Origin: Obrimoposthia wandeli
Taxonomy: Eukaryota
DNA length: 64,000 nt
Reading direction: 5' to 3'
Assembly (NCBI GenBank): GCA_977020255.1
Contig: CDROCS010004085.1
Location: forward strand, 186,001 to 250,000
In this document: piece by piece, positions 30,454 to 40,878 of the stretch
Numbering within the stretch: the first letter of the stretch is position 1
Layout: every line of letters starts with the position of its first letter
The notes under the pieces: model-generated
What the model was told of the DNA's origin: nothing
Seen by the model: the letters and a program-made list of their open reading frames with translations, nothing else
Database searches by the model: none
Program-made: the position numbers and the translations under genes

Positions 30454-31308
30454 TTACGAACTATGTTGCGAACGCTGTATTTCTTCAGCGACCCAATGCA
30501 ACAGTTGTTTAATAGCACGTGAAAGCACTTGGTTTTGACGAACAATATACCCCAAGCTGGTGGTGGGGAAATTGGGTAGTGGGGTAATGGTCGTTTGTAG
30601 ATTAAGTTTTGGGTGCAGCGAGAAAGCCGGAACGATCGCGACACCAAATCCAGCCTCTGCCCAGTCGATTTGTGCATCAACACTGCCAACTTCCATGACG
30701 CGATAGCTGGGTAATTTCAGGCTTGGCAGCGCCAAATCAATCAAATCACGAGTACGGGTATCATGCCCTAACAGAATAAGGGTGGGTTCTTCTTGTAACC
30801 CATTACCCAATGCACACCATTTGACCTGATGTAATTCAGTGAAGTGGAGTGGCTGGCTTTCTTTGTGAGCAATAACAAAACCGAGATCTGCTTTAGCGCT
30901 TTTCACTAAATCGGCAGCTTGAGCTGAGGTCGTGTTGAGTAACGATAGGTCAATGCCCGGGTATTCTTTTTTGAATGATTGAAAAGGCGAGATCAACAAT
31001 AAACGTGAAATGATATCACTGGCGGCTAAAGTTAATGTGCCTTGGCTTAAATCATTGATGGCATTCAAATCAGCCTGACAAGTCTGCAGTTCCATTAAGG
31101 TATTTTGCGCACTTTGCAATAAACGTTCGCCCGCTTGGGTCAATCTAAATGGATTTCGTTCAATCAGTTTTACATGTGTACTCTTTTCTAACTGTTTGAT
31201 ATGAAGGCTAACATTAGGCTGAGTCATATGAAGTTTAATGGCTGTTTTACCAAAATGTTCAAGCTTGGCAAGGGTAACAAATGTGTTTAACCAATGGATG
31301 TCTAGCAT
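30454..31308 (-). CDS. LysR-family regulator
   Basis: N-terminal LysR HTH. Divergent from the purA-like gene. Confidence 0.9.
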   Translation of the reverse strand: MLDIHWLNTFVTLAKLEHFGKTAIKLHMTQPNVSLHIKQLEKSTHVKLIERNPFRLTQAGERLLQSAQNTLMELQTCQADLNAINDLSQGTLTLAASDIISRLLLISPFQSFKKEYPGIDLSLLNTTSAQAADLVKSAKADLGFVIAHKESQPLHFTELHQVKWCALGNGLQEEPTLILLGHDTRTRDLIDLALPSLKLPSYRVMEVGSVDAQIDWAEAGFGVAIVPAFSLHPKLNLQTTITPLPNFPTTSLGYIVRQNQVLSRAIKQLLHWVAEEIQRSQHSS

Positions 31309-31444
31309 GTGGCTACCTATCTGTTGTTGATCATTAGCACCATAAGCCCATATGAAATTCTTATCAAGGTGATAATTATAATTAATTTTTCATATTCAGT
31401 ATTTAAGAATAGGATAGGTACTTCGCTTTTGAGGAGAATGAATC

Positions 31445-32701
31445 ATGTCGTCTATTGTTGTTGTTGGTGCTAACTGGGGTGATGAAGGTAAAGGTCGTAT
31501 TGTTGATTATTTGGCAGGTGGTGCATCTGCAAGTATTCGCTTTCAAGGTGGTAATAATGCTGGCCATACTGTTGTTAATGACTTCGGAACATTCAAATTA
31601 CATCAACTGCCAAGCGGCGTGTTTAATCCCGATTGTATTGCGGTGTTAGGCCCTGGCATGGTGATTAGTCCTGCGCCTTTAACCGAAGAATTAGCAGAAG
31701 TTAAAGCTGCCGGCGTAAATGTGAAAATGTGTATTTCCGACCGTGCAACACTTTGTCTTCCACTCCATGCTATTGAAGATACGCTAGAAGAAGAGCGTTT
31801 AGGTGATGGTGCATACGGTTCAACACGTCAGGGCATAGCACCCGCTTATGGCGACCGAGTAATGAAAAAAGGTATCTTGGTCGGTTGGCTTAAGCAACCT
31901 GAAGTACTACTTGAGCGTATTAAGTTCATGTTAGATTGGAAATTGCCACAACTGAGAGCCTTGTATCCGTCATTTGAATTTAGCCAAACAGCAGAAGAAA
32001 TGACAGAGTGGTTATTAGAAGTGTCTGCGCCTTGGCGAGATGCTATTTGTAACGTTACAGAGCCGCTAAAAGCCTTACAAGTTCAAGGTAAGGGTTTATT
32101 GTTTGAAGCCCAGCTTGGTGCAGGGCGTGATCTTGTGTTTGGTGAATACCCTTGGACAACATCATCCAATGTGACAGCTGCTTATGCAGGTATTGGCAGC
32201 GGTTTGCCAGCATTGCGCCCAGAGCGTGTTATTGCTGTTGCTAAGTCGTTTAGTTCATCAGTGGGTACTGGCACACTAATTACTGCAATGGCCGAGCAAG
32301 ATAACTTTCGCGAAGCTGCTAATGAGTATGGTGCAGTAACAGGTCGCCCACGTGATATGGGTTATTTTGATGCAGTTGCCACACGTAATGGCGTTGATCT
32401 TCAGGCGGCGACTGAGGTTGCTTTAACTAAGATTGACTGTCTAAGTGGGATGACAGATCTTAAAATTTGTGTCGCTTATGATGGTGAGCACTGTGAAAAT
32501 CCAATTTGGCCTCAAACAGCGACTCTTGCGCCAATTTATGAGCAACTAGAAAGTTGGGATGAAGATATTACAGGTTGCCGTACATTTGAAAGCTTGCCAT
32601 TAGCCGCCCAGAAATATGTACTACGTATTGAAGAACTAATGGGTGTACCTGTGAAAATGGTTTCTGTCGGACCAGAGCGTGATCAAATGATCAATCGTTA
32701 G
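31445..32701 (+). CDS. Adenylosuccinate synthetase-like protein (divergent PurA paralogue)
   Basis: WGDEGKG, QGGNNAGHT, TKID, VSVGPER. Several substrate-pocket motifs differ from canonical PurA. Confidence 0.88.
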   Translation: MSSIVVVGANWGDEGKGRIVDYLAGGASASIRFQGGNNAGHTVVNDFGTFKLHQLPSGVFNPDCIAVLGPGMVISPAPLTEELAEVKAAGVNVKMCISDRATLCLPLHAIEDTLEEERLGDGAYGSTRQGIAPAYGDRVMKKGILVGWLKQPEVLLERIKFMLDWKLPQLRALYPSFEFSQTAEEMTEWLLEVSAPWRDAICNVTEPLKALQVQGKGLLFEAQLGAGRDLVFGEYPWTTSSNVTAAYAGIGSGLPALRPERVIAVAKSFSSSVGTGTLITAMAEQDNFREAANEYGAVTGRPRDMGYFDAVATRNGVDLQAATEVALTKIDCLSGMTDLKICVAYDGEHCENPIWPQTATLAPIYEQLESWDEDITGCRTFESLPLAAQKYVLRIEELMGVPVKMVSVGPERDQMINR

Positions 32702-32730
32702 ATTGGTATTGCTGTTTATAACAATATCGC

Positions 32731-32760
32731 AAAAATGCCGTGAATATTCACGGCGTTTTT
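32731..32760 (+). terminator. Intrinsic terminator
   Basis: aaaaatgccgtgaa-ta-ttcacggcgttttt. Confidence 0.75.
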
Positions 32761-33258
32761 GTATCTATACCCAATTAAAAGCATTTTGAGTGATGTTCTT
32801 CTTGTTTAATATCGGTACACGGTATGAGTACCGTGATCAGCCTATCAATATTTGACAAAATATCGATGAGTAGAAAGAGGAGTGACTGAGATAATATTCA
32901 CTAGTGACGAATCAATCATAAAAAATAGACCGCCTAAGTGAGATTGTGTGAAAAAAGGTGGATATTTAATCGAATAATGAATAGTTCTAATTAATTAAGG
33001 CTGTTTCTAGTGATGATATATCTTGATATTTGTCACATTTCCGACATTTCTTTTACCCTACTATAGCGACATATTAATTACGTGAGTACTTAAACCATTA
33101 ATTGGTTTTCCTTTATATGAAGGTGCTAATTAATGAAAAAGATGTTTTTGGTATATTAAGCATTTACAATAAATGATTAACTAATAAAGTGACGGTGATT
33201 ACTCAAGTTGATGTTTATATAATTAAATAATAATTAAAAAATAGAGAGATACGATCAT

Positions 33259-34188
33259 ATGCGCATAGTATTAGCATTAGGCGGCAATGCCTTATTGGCA
33301 AGAGGCCAAGCGTTAACTGCCGAGAATCAACGTAAGAATATTATACAATCAGCAGCAAGTATTGCAGCAATAGCTAAAGAGCATGAGATTGTTGTTGTGC
33401 ACGGGAATGGACCTCAGGTAGGTTTATTAATGGAGCAGAACTCAGCATACCAAGAGTACTCACCTGAAACGACACCATACCCAATGGATGTTTTAGGCTC
33501 TCAGACTTGCGGTATGGTTGGCTATATGCTGCAACAAGAATTACGTAATGTAGATAACTCTTTAGCGATAGCAACCTTGGTAACGCAGACAGAAGTTAGT
33601 AAATCAGATCCAGCATTTGCCAACCCAACGAAGTTTGTTGGTCCGGTATATACTGCTGAGCGCGCTGAAGAAATCATGGCCTCATCATCTTTGATGTTCA
33701 AACCTGATGGAAAATACTATCGCCGTGTTGTTCCATCACCAATGCCAAAAGATATTGTTGAATTACAGCAGATTGAAACCTTATTAAAAGCGGGTAATTT
33801 AGTTATCGCTTGTGGTGGCGGTGGGGTACCTGTCAGTATTGAAGACGGAAAAAGCACTGGCGTTGAATGTGTTATAGATAAAGATTTAACTGCAGAGTTA
33901 CTAGCAGAAAAATTGGATGCCGATTTATTCATTATTCTAACTGATGGCTCAATCTATCGCCATTATGGGAAAGAAGATCAAGCTGAAATGAAACAAGCAA
34001 CGCCTGCTGGCTTATCTGAATTTACTTTCCCCGCGGGTTCTATGGGGCCAAAGATCGATGCTGTTTGTAAATTCGTGGAAACCGGACGAGGCAATTCAGC
34101 CATTGGTTCTCTATTTGATTTAGATAAGATATTGAAGAATGAAGCCGGTACATTAGTGACCCAAGGTGAAGGTATTATCTATTATTGA
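33259..34188 (+). CDS. arcC: Carbamate kinase
   Basis: ALGGNALL, HGNGPQVG, NPTKFVGP, RRVVPSP, GGGGVPV, VIDKD, GSMGPK. Confidence 0.93.
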   Translation: MRIVLALGGNALLARGQALTAENQRKNIIQSAASIAAIAKEHEIVVVHGNGPQVGLLMEQNSAYQEYSPETTPYPMDVLGSQTCGMVGYMLQQELRNVDNSLAIATLVTQTEVSKSDPAFANPTKFVGPVYTAERAEEIMASSSLMFKPDGKYYRRVVPSPMPKDIVELQQIETLLKAGNLVIACGGGGVPVSIEDGKSTGVECVIDKDLTAELLAEKLDADLFIILTDGSIYRHYGKEDQAEMKQATPAGLSEFTFPAGSMGPKIDAVCKFVETGRGNSAIGSLFDLDKILKNEAGTLVTQGEGIIYY

Positions 34189-34564
34189 TAATACATAAGC
34201 TTCTGTTTGAAAAATAAAAACTGCTTGCTTGAACTTTTATTTAAAGCTTAGCAGGCAGTTTTAATTTAGATTTAAATTGTTCTGTATAAATAAAGCATAA
34301 CAATAAAATTTAAGTGAATGCTATAGCCATGTTTTTAGCCTTGTAACTATCTATATTTTACAAGACCGTGTAGGGCTGCGACGTGTACTTATTTTAGGTA
34401 CAGTAATGATATCACCCCCCGCCATGTTGGTTATGACTTCTGGTATGAGTACAGGCTGTGGTATCGGTTTGTGTATGTGTGTCTTAGCCCATCAGCAATG
34501 AGATGGTTCCACCCATAGAAGAAAGGGTTCGTACATATTTTTTGTATTTAATTGAAAATAACTC

Positions 34565-34592
34565 TTTACAGAAACCGATAATCTGGTATTAT
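34565..34592 (+). promoter_or_regulatory. Probable cold-shock gene promoter with a 5' UTR of about 180 nt
   Basis: TTTACA-N16-TATTAT with TGn extension. Long UTRs are typical of cspA-family genes. Confidence 0.55.
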
Positions 34593-34777
34593 TCGTCTCG
34601 CTCTGTTGTTCAGGGTTATTAATGCAGCAATAAGTAAAAGTTAAACCCTAAGATACATTTGCTTTCAGTTTTTGTCCTCAGTGTTTCCCTTAGCTTCACG
34701 TAACATTTAATAATTCAACTTCTTGGCAATATCGCAACTCTGCGAATTTTTTAATGAATTTTTATAAGGGACATATT

Positions 34778-34987
34778 ATGTCTAATACAACTGGTATCGT
34801 AAAGTGGTTTAACGAAGAGAAAGGTTTCGGTTTCATTACTCAAGACAACGGCGGCGCTGACGTATTCGTTCACTTCCGTGCTATCGCTTCAGAGGGTTTC
34901 AAAACTCTTGCTGAAGGTCAAAAGGTTTCTTTTGAAGTTGAACAAGGCCAGAAAGGTCTTCAAGCTGCAAACGTTGTAGCTGTATAA
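34778..34987 (+). CDS. Cold-shock protein (CspA family)
   Basis: GIVKWFN, KGFGFI (RNP1), VFVHF (RNP2). 69 aa. Confidence 0.97.
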
Positions 34988-35255
34988 TTAGAAGATTTAT
35001 TCTTCTAAGTAATGCTGGCTTCTAGCCAGCATTTATTTACGATTGCTCAGTGTAAAACAATGATCAATCGTAAATAACAGGCCTAAAAGTAGACCTATTT
35101 AAATGTAATACAACCGTGTGCAATAAGAAACATTTCCAACATCTGCCTTATCAGTTCATGTCTAGAAGTTTCCTTTCGTATAATTACATCAAATAAGTAA
35201 ATCGTTTCAGGCTCCATGCATATTGATGCAAAATTATATTAAAAAGGGTACAAAC

Positions 35256-35336
35256 ATGTCTAAATCATCAGGCAGAAAGCGTTTTTGGTTTCAGCAAACA
35301 CGTGAAACAGATCAGGTTATTGTTAAAAAAGCATAA
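35256..35336 (+). CDS. Putative 26-aa basic small protein MSKSSGRKRFWFQQTRETDQVIVKKA
   Basis: AAGGGT RBS upstream of the ATG, followed by its own terminator. Below the ORF-track length cut-off. Confidence 0.5.
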   Translation: MSKSSGRKRFWFQQTRETDQVIVKKA

Positions 35337-35358
35337 TACTGAATCAAAGAACTCTAAG

Positions 35359-35385
35359 AGGCTACCTATATAGGTGGCCTTTTTT
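35359..35385 (+). terminator. Intrinsic terminator
   Basis: aggctaccta...taggtggcct followed by TTTTT. Confidence 0.7.
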
Positions 35386-35446
35386 CGTTTATGGCTTTTA
35401 CTTGTTAGTAGGTGGCAACGCAGGGAAGTCACTAGCTTGTATGATA

Positions 35447-35863
35447 CTAACTGTCTTGTTTTTTTTGTGGTGACGAAATACCACATGTGCCACCGCTATT
35501 ACATTTTGCTTTCCCTGTTAATAAATAAGAAAAGCGATAGCGGTTACGCGCAAATAGTAGATAGCACTGATCGGCAATGGGTTTGATAAATGGCATACGT
35601 AAAATGCCTATCCATTTTTTGTGACCTACTAAAGACCACGCTTTATGAGTAACATCTAGCCCTAATAACAACTCACCAGAATCTAACTTGCCATGCAGAA
35701 TGTTACTGGCTTCTATAATGCAGATATCTGGATAACGCTCAGTAAAGCCCTCCACTAAGATATCTTCAAAATGCAGATGTTTCGCTTGGTTTAATGCCCG
35801 AAGCTTATTCATCTCAGCCACACATAAAGGGCAACTTCCATCATAAAAAAGGGTAAATGTCAT
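35447..35863 (-). CDS. DCC/DUF393-family thiol-disulfide oxidoreductase-like protein
   Basis: FYDGSCPLC (DxxCxxC) and FARNRYR. Confidence 0.88.
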   Translation of the reverse strand: MTFTLFYDGSCPLCVAEMNKLRALNQAKHLHFEDILVEGFTERYPDICIIEASNILHGKLDSGELLLGLDVTHKAWSLVGHKKWIGILRMPFIKPIADQCYLLFARNRYRFSYLLTGKAKCNSGGTCGISSPQKKQDS

Positions 35864-35913
35864 TTCTTCTATCCTTGATATCTGGCGAACTGTTGAGTGT
35901 TAAAACGGTGAGG

Positions 35914-36363
35914 TTAACTTACCAGCACGACAAGGTGCATAAAGCCCACACATGCTGTTAATCGGTTACGTAATTGTTGATAATTTTTCGGGTTTTCTTC
36001 ATGTTCTGTTTCTCTTATTTTCATTTCAGAAAACCATACAGCAATGAAACCAAACAATAGTACCAGAACTGAAATAACATATACTTCAGGCGAGTGCAGT
36101 AGTGTTCCCCACGCAATCAAGGCGAAGAGAAGGCTTAAAATTAATGCATTACGGCTTAAAGCGTGTTTCATGTGATCAATTGCATTTCCCCATAGGACAC
36201 CTGAAAGAAAACTTAAAATAACGGCACTGTAAGCAATAAATACAGTTGTAGGGTTAAGGCTGAAAAGTGTTTTATCAAACCAAATACACACAATACTGAG
36301 TGCGAAAGGAAGGAGGCCAGCATAACCTAGAATGACCATTATTTTATCGGGTGATGTCTTCAT
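35914..36363 (-). CDS. DUF3429-like membrane protein
   Basis: LGYAGLLPF, YSAVILSFLSGVLWG, Y..LR..LT pattern. Confidence 0.8.
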   Translation of the reverse strand: MKTSPDKIMVILGYAGLLPFALSIVCIWFDKTLFSLNPTTVFIAYSAVILSFLSGVLWGNAIDHMKHALSRNALILSLLFALIAWGTLLHSPEVYVISVLVLLFGFIAVWFSEMKIRETEHEENPKNYQQLRNRLTACVGFMHLVVLVS

Positions 36364-36464
36364 TGTGTGCGCTCGAAAAATGGGATAGGTACTACTAAGT
36401 ATTAGCTACTTGTACGTACTAGCACGAAGAAAAGATCAATGATAAATACCGCCTTAAAATGACA

Positions 36465-37376
36465 CTACATTATTGCTTTTACTTGCTGTTGTAACCATCG
36501 CCTAAAGGCTTGTACTTTCTCGGTATTATCATGTTCAGGCTTCCATACTACGTAATACGCAAGCTGGACCAGAGATTGTGAATCGGCAAAAGGACGAATA
36601 AGCCGGCCACAATCTAAATCATCTTTCACTAATACACTGCGACCTAACGCAATGCCTTGCCCACTCACTGCTGCTTGTATAACAGATGCTGAGTTATTGA
36701 TACGAAGCCCACGTTCGGTGTTTACCCCCATTATATTGTGATTTTCTAACCATCCTTGCCAAGTAGGAAAACCAATGTTTTCGGGTAAAGATTGATCATG
36801 CAGTAGCGGAAAATGTTGTATGTCTTCAGGTTTATTTAGCTCTTGTTGAATCAAATCGGGTGAGCACACCGGAAAGATTTTTTCTGTCATTAACAACGCA
36901 GTTGATAGCCCTGCCCAATTCCCCTTTCCGTAACGCACACCGATATCAATGCCCTCTGAAAAATAATCGACAGTACGTGTGTTGGTATCTAAACGTAAAT
37001 CAAACTCAGGATGTTGAAGTTGGAAGCTATCAATACGCATTAAGAGCCATTTTGCTGCAAATGCAGGGCTGACGGTAACAGTAAGAAGGTGATTACTGGC
37101 TGGTTTTTGCAACAAGGAAAGTCCACTTGAAAGGTGTTCAAAGCCTCGTGTGATTTCGGGTAACGCTTGAATTGCCTGCTTGGTAAGTGTTAAACGTGAT
37201 GGTCCGGCTACACTGCGATTAAACAGTTTAATGTCTAACCACTCTTCAAGTAACCGTACTTGCTGGCCTATTGCAGCAGGCGTAACGTTTAATTCTTTGG
37301 CGGCCATAGAAAAGCTAAGGTGTCTTGCTGAAGCTTCAAAAGCCCTTAATCCGTTCAAGTGCGCGATACTTTTCAT
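36465..37376 (-). CDS. LysR-family regulator (GcvA-like)
   Basis: LRAFEASARHLSFSMAAKELNVTPAA HTH, FAAKWL. Confidence 0.92.
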   Translation of the reverse strand: MKSIAHLNGLRAFEASARHLSFSMAAKELNVTPAAIGQQVRLLEEWLDIKLFNRSVAGPSRLTLTKQAIQALPEITRGFEHLSSGLSLLQKPASNHLLTVTVSPAFAAKWLLMRIDSFQLQHPEFDLRLDTNTRTVDYFSEGIDIGVRYGKGNWAGLSTALLMTEKIFPVCSPDLIQQELNKPEDIQHFPLLHDQSLPENIGFPTWQGWLENHNIMGVNTERGLRINNSASVIQAAVSGQGIALGRSVLVKDDLDCGRLIRPFADSQSLVQLAYYVVWKPEHDNTEKVQAFRRWLQQQVKAIM

Positions 37377-37627
37377 TGTTCATACTCATTGCTTTTTAAT
37401 CAGCTTCTGTTTAATTCTTGGTGATTAATGGGTTTTTATTGAATATCTGGTAAAGAAAATCTTTATCGGAAGTATAGAAGTTATGATTTGTTGAGTACAT
37501 GAAAACAAGCCAAACTTCTTTATATACCGCGTACGTTACGGATTCATATTTATTGTATGCGTAATAAATAGGGTGCACATGAATGATGCGTCTCAATAAA
37601 AAAAGTCAGTCTCTCCAAGGAAATAAC

Positions 37628-38323
37628 ATGAAACTCAATATCGATCTTACGAAAAAAGTAAATGCATTCTTTGAGCAGTCACAATGGTCTTCGTCACCAA
37701 TAAAAGAAGTAAAACGAAAAATGTTAGAGCGTGATGGTGGTGAGATTGCCATTGCGACGACCATCGTTAGGTATGAACCCAATAGTTATTTTTCATCCCA
37801 TACTCATGACGGTGGTGAAGAGTTCTTAGTGTTAGATGGTGAGTTTGCCGATGAACATGGTCGTTATCCTATAGGTACGTATATGAGAAACCCTCCCGGT
37901 ACATCTCATACGCCCTCTGTTGAACCTGGCTGTATGATTCTGGTGAAACTCGGGCAGTTTCAAGAAGGGGATACTCAACCCGTTCATATTGACACCCAAC
38001 AGCATTTATTTGTGAAAGATGAAGATCGAACTGGTGTTACGATTCAACCATTACACCGCTTCAAGCATGAAGTTGTGCGTTTAGAGCGCTGGGATCAACA
38101 TTCTACGATCGTGCTAGAGAACACCGGGGGCATCGAAATCTTGATCATTGACGGTGGCTGCGAGCATGATGGCGTGGATTATACCAAGCATGATTGGTTA
38201 CGTTTACCGAAAGGAGAAAACCTGACAGCTAAAACAGAGAATACAGATTGTATGGTGTGGATAAAAATGGGACATCATTTACATCAGCTTAATCGTGCGG
38301 CTTACTCTGGAAACATTCTATGA
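37628..38323 (+). CDS. ChrR-like bicupin protein
   Basis: HTHDGGEEFLVLDG...NPPGTSHTP cupin metal site. No zinc anti-sigma N-terminus. Start at MKLNID. Confidence 0.8.
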   Translation: MKLNIDLTKKVNAFFEQSQWSSSPIKEVKRKMLERDGGEIAIATTIVRYEPNSYFSSHTHDGGEEFLVLDGEFADEHGRYPIGTYMRNPPGTSHTPSVEPGCMILVKLGQFQEGDTQPVHIDTQQHLFVKDEDRTGVTIQPLHRFKHEVVRLERWDQHSTIVLENTGGIEILIIDGGCEHDGVDYTKHDWLRLPKGENLTAKTENTDCMVWIKMGHHLHQLNRAAYSGNIL

Positions 38324-39504
38324 AGACGGACTTTATTATTGTAGGTGCAGGGTTAAGTGGTTTATATGCGGCACTTCAACTTGAGAGGTTAGGCAAAGAT
38401 TATGTCCTTGTTGAAGGGCGTGATCGTGTTGGTGGGCGTATTTATTCAGAGCCTGTTACCACATTGAAGAGCACAAACAATGTTTTGGCAAATCAAGGTA
38501 CTTTTAATCAAAAGAAAGATCACTTTGATGTCAGTTTAAATCGTTTTGATATGGGACCATCCTGGTTTTGGCCGTCAATGCACCCACGTATTACACAGCT
38601 AATCGATGATTTGTTATTGCCTGTGTTCCCTCAATATACCGAGGGCGCTTATATGTTTGAGAATGATCCAATTATGCCTGCAACACGTTATGAGGCGGGT
38701 CTTGTAGGATCACCAACATCAATGCGTATCGCGGGTGGAATGCAAACAGTGATTGATGGTGTGAAAAAACAGCTGCCAGCGCATAAAATAGTTCTGCAGT
38801 CGACCGTAAAAAGTGTTGTTAAAACGGGTGATCATTCCCTTGTAACTTTCGCGATGAACGATGATAAGCAAACAGGTGAAAAGCATACCACCGACATGCA
38901 AATTATGGCCAAAAACGTTATTTTTGCGATGCCATTACGTCTAATTGCAGAAAGCATTCAATTTCAGCCAGCCTTGCCCGTTGTGATTGAAAAGGCATTT
39001 TCTTCAACGCCTACTTGGATGGCAGCCCATGCGAAATTTTTTGCGGTGTATGATAAACCTTTTTGGCGTAATAATGGTTTATCAGGCTCAGCCAGTAGTC
39101 GAGTAGGGCCTTTAGTTGAAATACATGATGCCTCGACGTTAGAAGGTGTTGGAGCACTGTTTGGTTTTGTGGGTATTGATGCAACCACGAGAATGAAGGC
39201 CGGTGACGATGTTATTAAGTCGATGGCAGTTAGCCAGCTAACGCGTATTTTTGGCGAGCAAGCGGCGAATCCTATTGATGTAAAATTGGTAGATTGGAGC
39301 CAACAAGCATTAACCGCAACAATTGCCGATCAAGCAGCTCCTACGTCCCACCCACGCTACGGATTACCGAGAGGTGTATCAAAACTGCATGATCTTGGTT
39401 GGTATTTTGCGGGTACAGAAGCTGCCGTTGAAAATGGTGGTTATGTAGAAGGGGCACTAGAAGCCGCTGAAGAGGCTGTTCGTATTGCCGTTTTGGACAA
39501 TTAA
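38320..39504 (+). CDS. Flavin monoamine-oxidase-family FAD oxidoreductase
   Basis: GAGLSG, EGRDRVGGR, DMGPSWFW, FAGTE...GYVEGAL. ATGA overlap with the cupin gene. Confidence 0.88.
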   Translation: MKTDFIIVGAGLSGLYAALQLERLGKDYVLVEGRDRVGGRIYSEPVTTLKSTNNVLANQGTFNQKKDHFDVSLNRFDMGPSWFWPSMHPRITQLIDDLLLPVFPQYTEGAYMFENDPIMPATRYEAGLVGSPTSMRIAGGMQTVIDGVKKQLPAHKIVLQSTVKSVVKTGDHSLVTFAMNDDKQTGEKHTTDMQIMAKNVIFAMPLRLIAESIQFQPALPVVIEKAFSSTPTWMAAHAKFFAVYDKPFWRNNGLSGSASSRVGPLVEIHDASTLEGVGALFGFVGIDATTRMKAGDDVIKSMAVSQLTRIFGEQAANPIDVKLVDWSQQALTATIADQAAPTSHPRYGLPRGVSKLHDLGWYFAGTEAAVENGGYVEGALEAAEEAVRIAVLDN

Positions 39505-39556
39505 AGGCAATAAAGGGATACTAGCCTTCAGTTAAGGATAACGAGTAGATACGACG

Positions 39557-40003
39557 TTGATTGAACAAGTAAATGATACAGATGTTTCAGATATTATTAA
39601 GTTAATTAGTTTGTCGATTAAAACGTGTATCGATGTACCAACCGCTGCAGCTGATGCACTTATCGCTGGCAGTGTTGATGAAATTCTATGGTGGAAGTGT
39701 CATCAAAAAAGTACAGCACACTATATATACCGTGTTGACGATAAAGTTGTTGGCACGATACTAATTAAAGATTTTTGTTATATCTCTAATCTTTTTGTCG
39801 ACCCCGATTTTCATCATCAAGGTATTGGAAAGCAACTTATCTTGCATGCGTTGGTGATATGTAAGCGTTATTCTGCTCAATCGACGGTTAAATTAAATTC
39901 ATCGTTCTATGCCGAACCTTTCTATCAAAAGATGGGATTTGAACAAGTTGGTAAAGCAAAGGATTTACCGGGTGGATGCATACCTTTTGAGCGTATTTTA
40001 TAA
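39557..40003 (+). CDS. GNAT-family acetyltransferase
   Basis: LFVDP..HHQGIGKQL acetyl-CoA motif, AEPFYQKMGF. Confidence 0.85.
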   Translation: MIEQVNDTDVSDIIKLISLSIKTCIDVPTAAADALIAGSVDEILWWKCHQKSTAHYIYRVDDKVVGTILIKDFCYISNLFVDPDFHHQGIGKQLILHALVICKRYSAQSTVKLNSSFYAEPFYQKMGFEQVGKAKDLPGGCIPFERIL

Positions 40004-40017
40004 TATGCTCATCCACC

Positions 40018-40878
40018 TCATCCACAGACGAACCAAGAATTAGCCGCCGCATCAATATAGGCTTCACGATACCAATCGACTCTCTCAAGTGTTGGAGCGA
40101 TCCGAATATCCCCTTTAAACTTGGCTGTTGCTAATACTTTTACCCGCCCTTCATAAGCCTGCATTACTGTACCTTGATAAGTGTGACCTAAACTCGACCC
40201 TTTAGGTTGTTCAAACAAGCAAACTGTTTGCCCTTTATTGGTGTAAATGAACTGACTTTCTTCTGTCCACACTTGAGGCTCTAACGTCACATTAGGTTGT
40301 GATGTATACGCTGAGCTGCCCAGAGTATCATTATCGTTAATGACTGTACGATGTATAGAGTAAGGTTGATAACCTAATATTTGAGCTGCGCCAAACCATT
40401 CATTAGAAGGTGCATTGGTATTCTCGACGACTCGTAAAGTGACAAAGGGTCCATCTAAACACAAGTCAGCCCACAGCTCTGTGCTAGAAATACGCGCAGA
40501 AAAGATAGGACGTTCTTCAACGGTATTTGCATTGTAGACACACCATGATGCCGTTTCTTGATGGACTAATGTACCAATGTTGGCTTCACACGTTCTTTTG
40601 GCAAGATCGAGATATTCGGCAACATCATTCTTTGCTTGTTGTGGGCTATTTGCGCAATATCGATAGCTAAATGAATACGCACTTTTCGGATAAAAGTTAC
40701 CTTTATCAACCACTGCGCCATTATTTCTGGTGCTATTTAATTCGAGAAAGCTTTTGGTTGAATCAAGAAAACTGTATTCAGGTAGATCAGGTTTTGTCTC
40801 TGAGGTTGAGCTACAGCCGACAAGGAATAAGACGAATAACATTATAGAAGAAGATTGAAAGTGAAAGTGTTTCAGCAT
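40018..40878 (-). CDS. Hypothetical lipoprotein
   Basis: Lipobox LVGC. No recognised domain. Confidence 0.7.
   Translation of the reverse strand: MLKHFHFQSSSIMLFVLFLVGCSSTSETKPDLPEYSFLDSTKSFLELNSTRNNGAVVDKGNFYPKSAYSFSYRYCANSPQQAKNDVAEYLDLAKRTCEANIGTLVHQETASWCVYNANTVEERPIFSARISSTELWADLCLDGPFVTLRVVENTNAPSNEWFGAAQILGYQPYSIHRTVINDNDTLGSSAYTSQPNVTLEPQVWTEESQFIYTNKGQTVCLFEQPKGSSLGHTYQGTVMQAYEGRVKVLATAKFKGDIRIAPTLERVDWYREAYIDAAANSWFVCG

Noticed and set aside
31445-32701. PurZ (Z-base synthesis) assignment
   Set aside because: PurZ replaces the catalytic Asp with Ser; this protein keeps WGDEGKG, and there is no phage context.
32821-34452. GGTATGAGTAC repeated on both sides of arcC
   Set aside because: Only 11 bp with unrelated flanks, compatible with chance.
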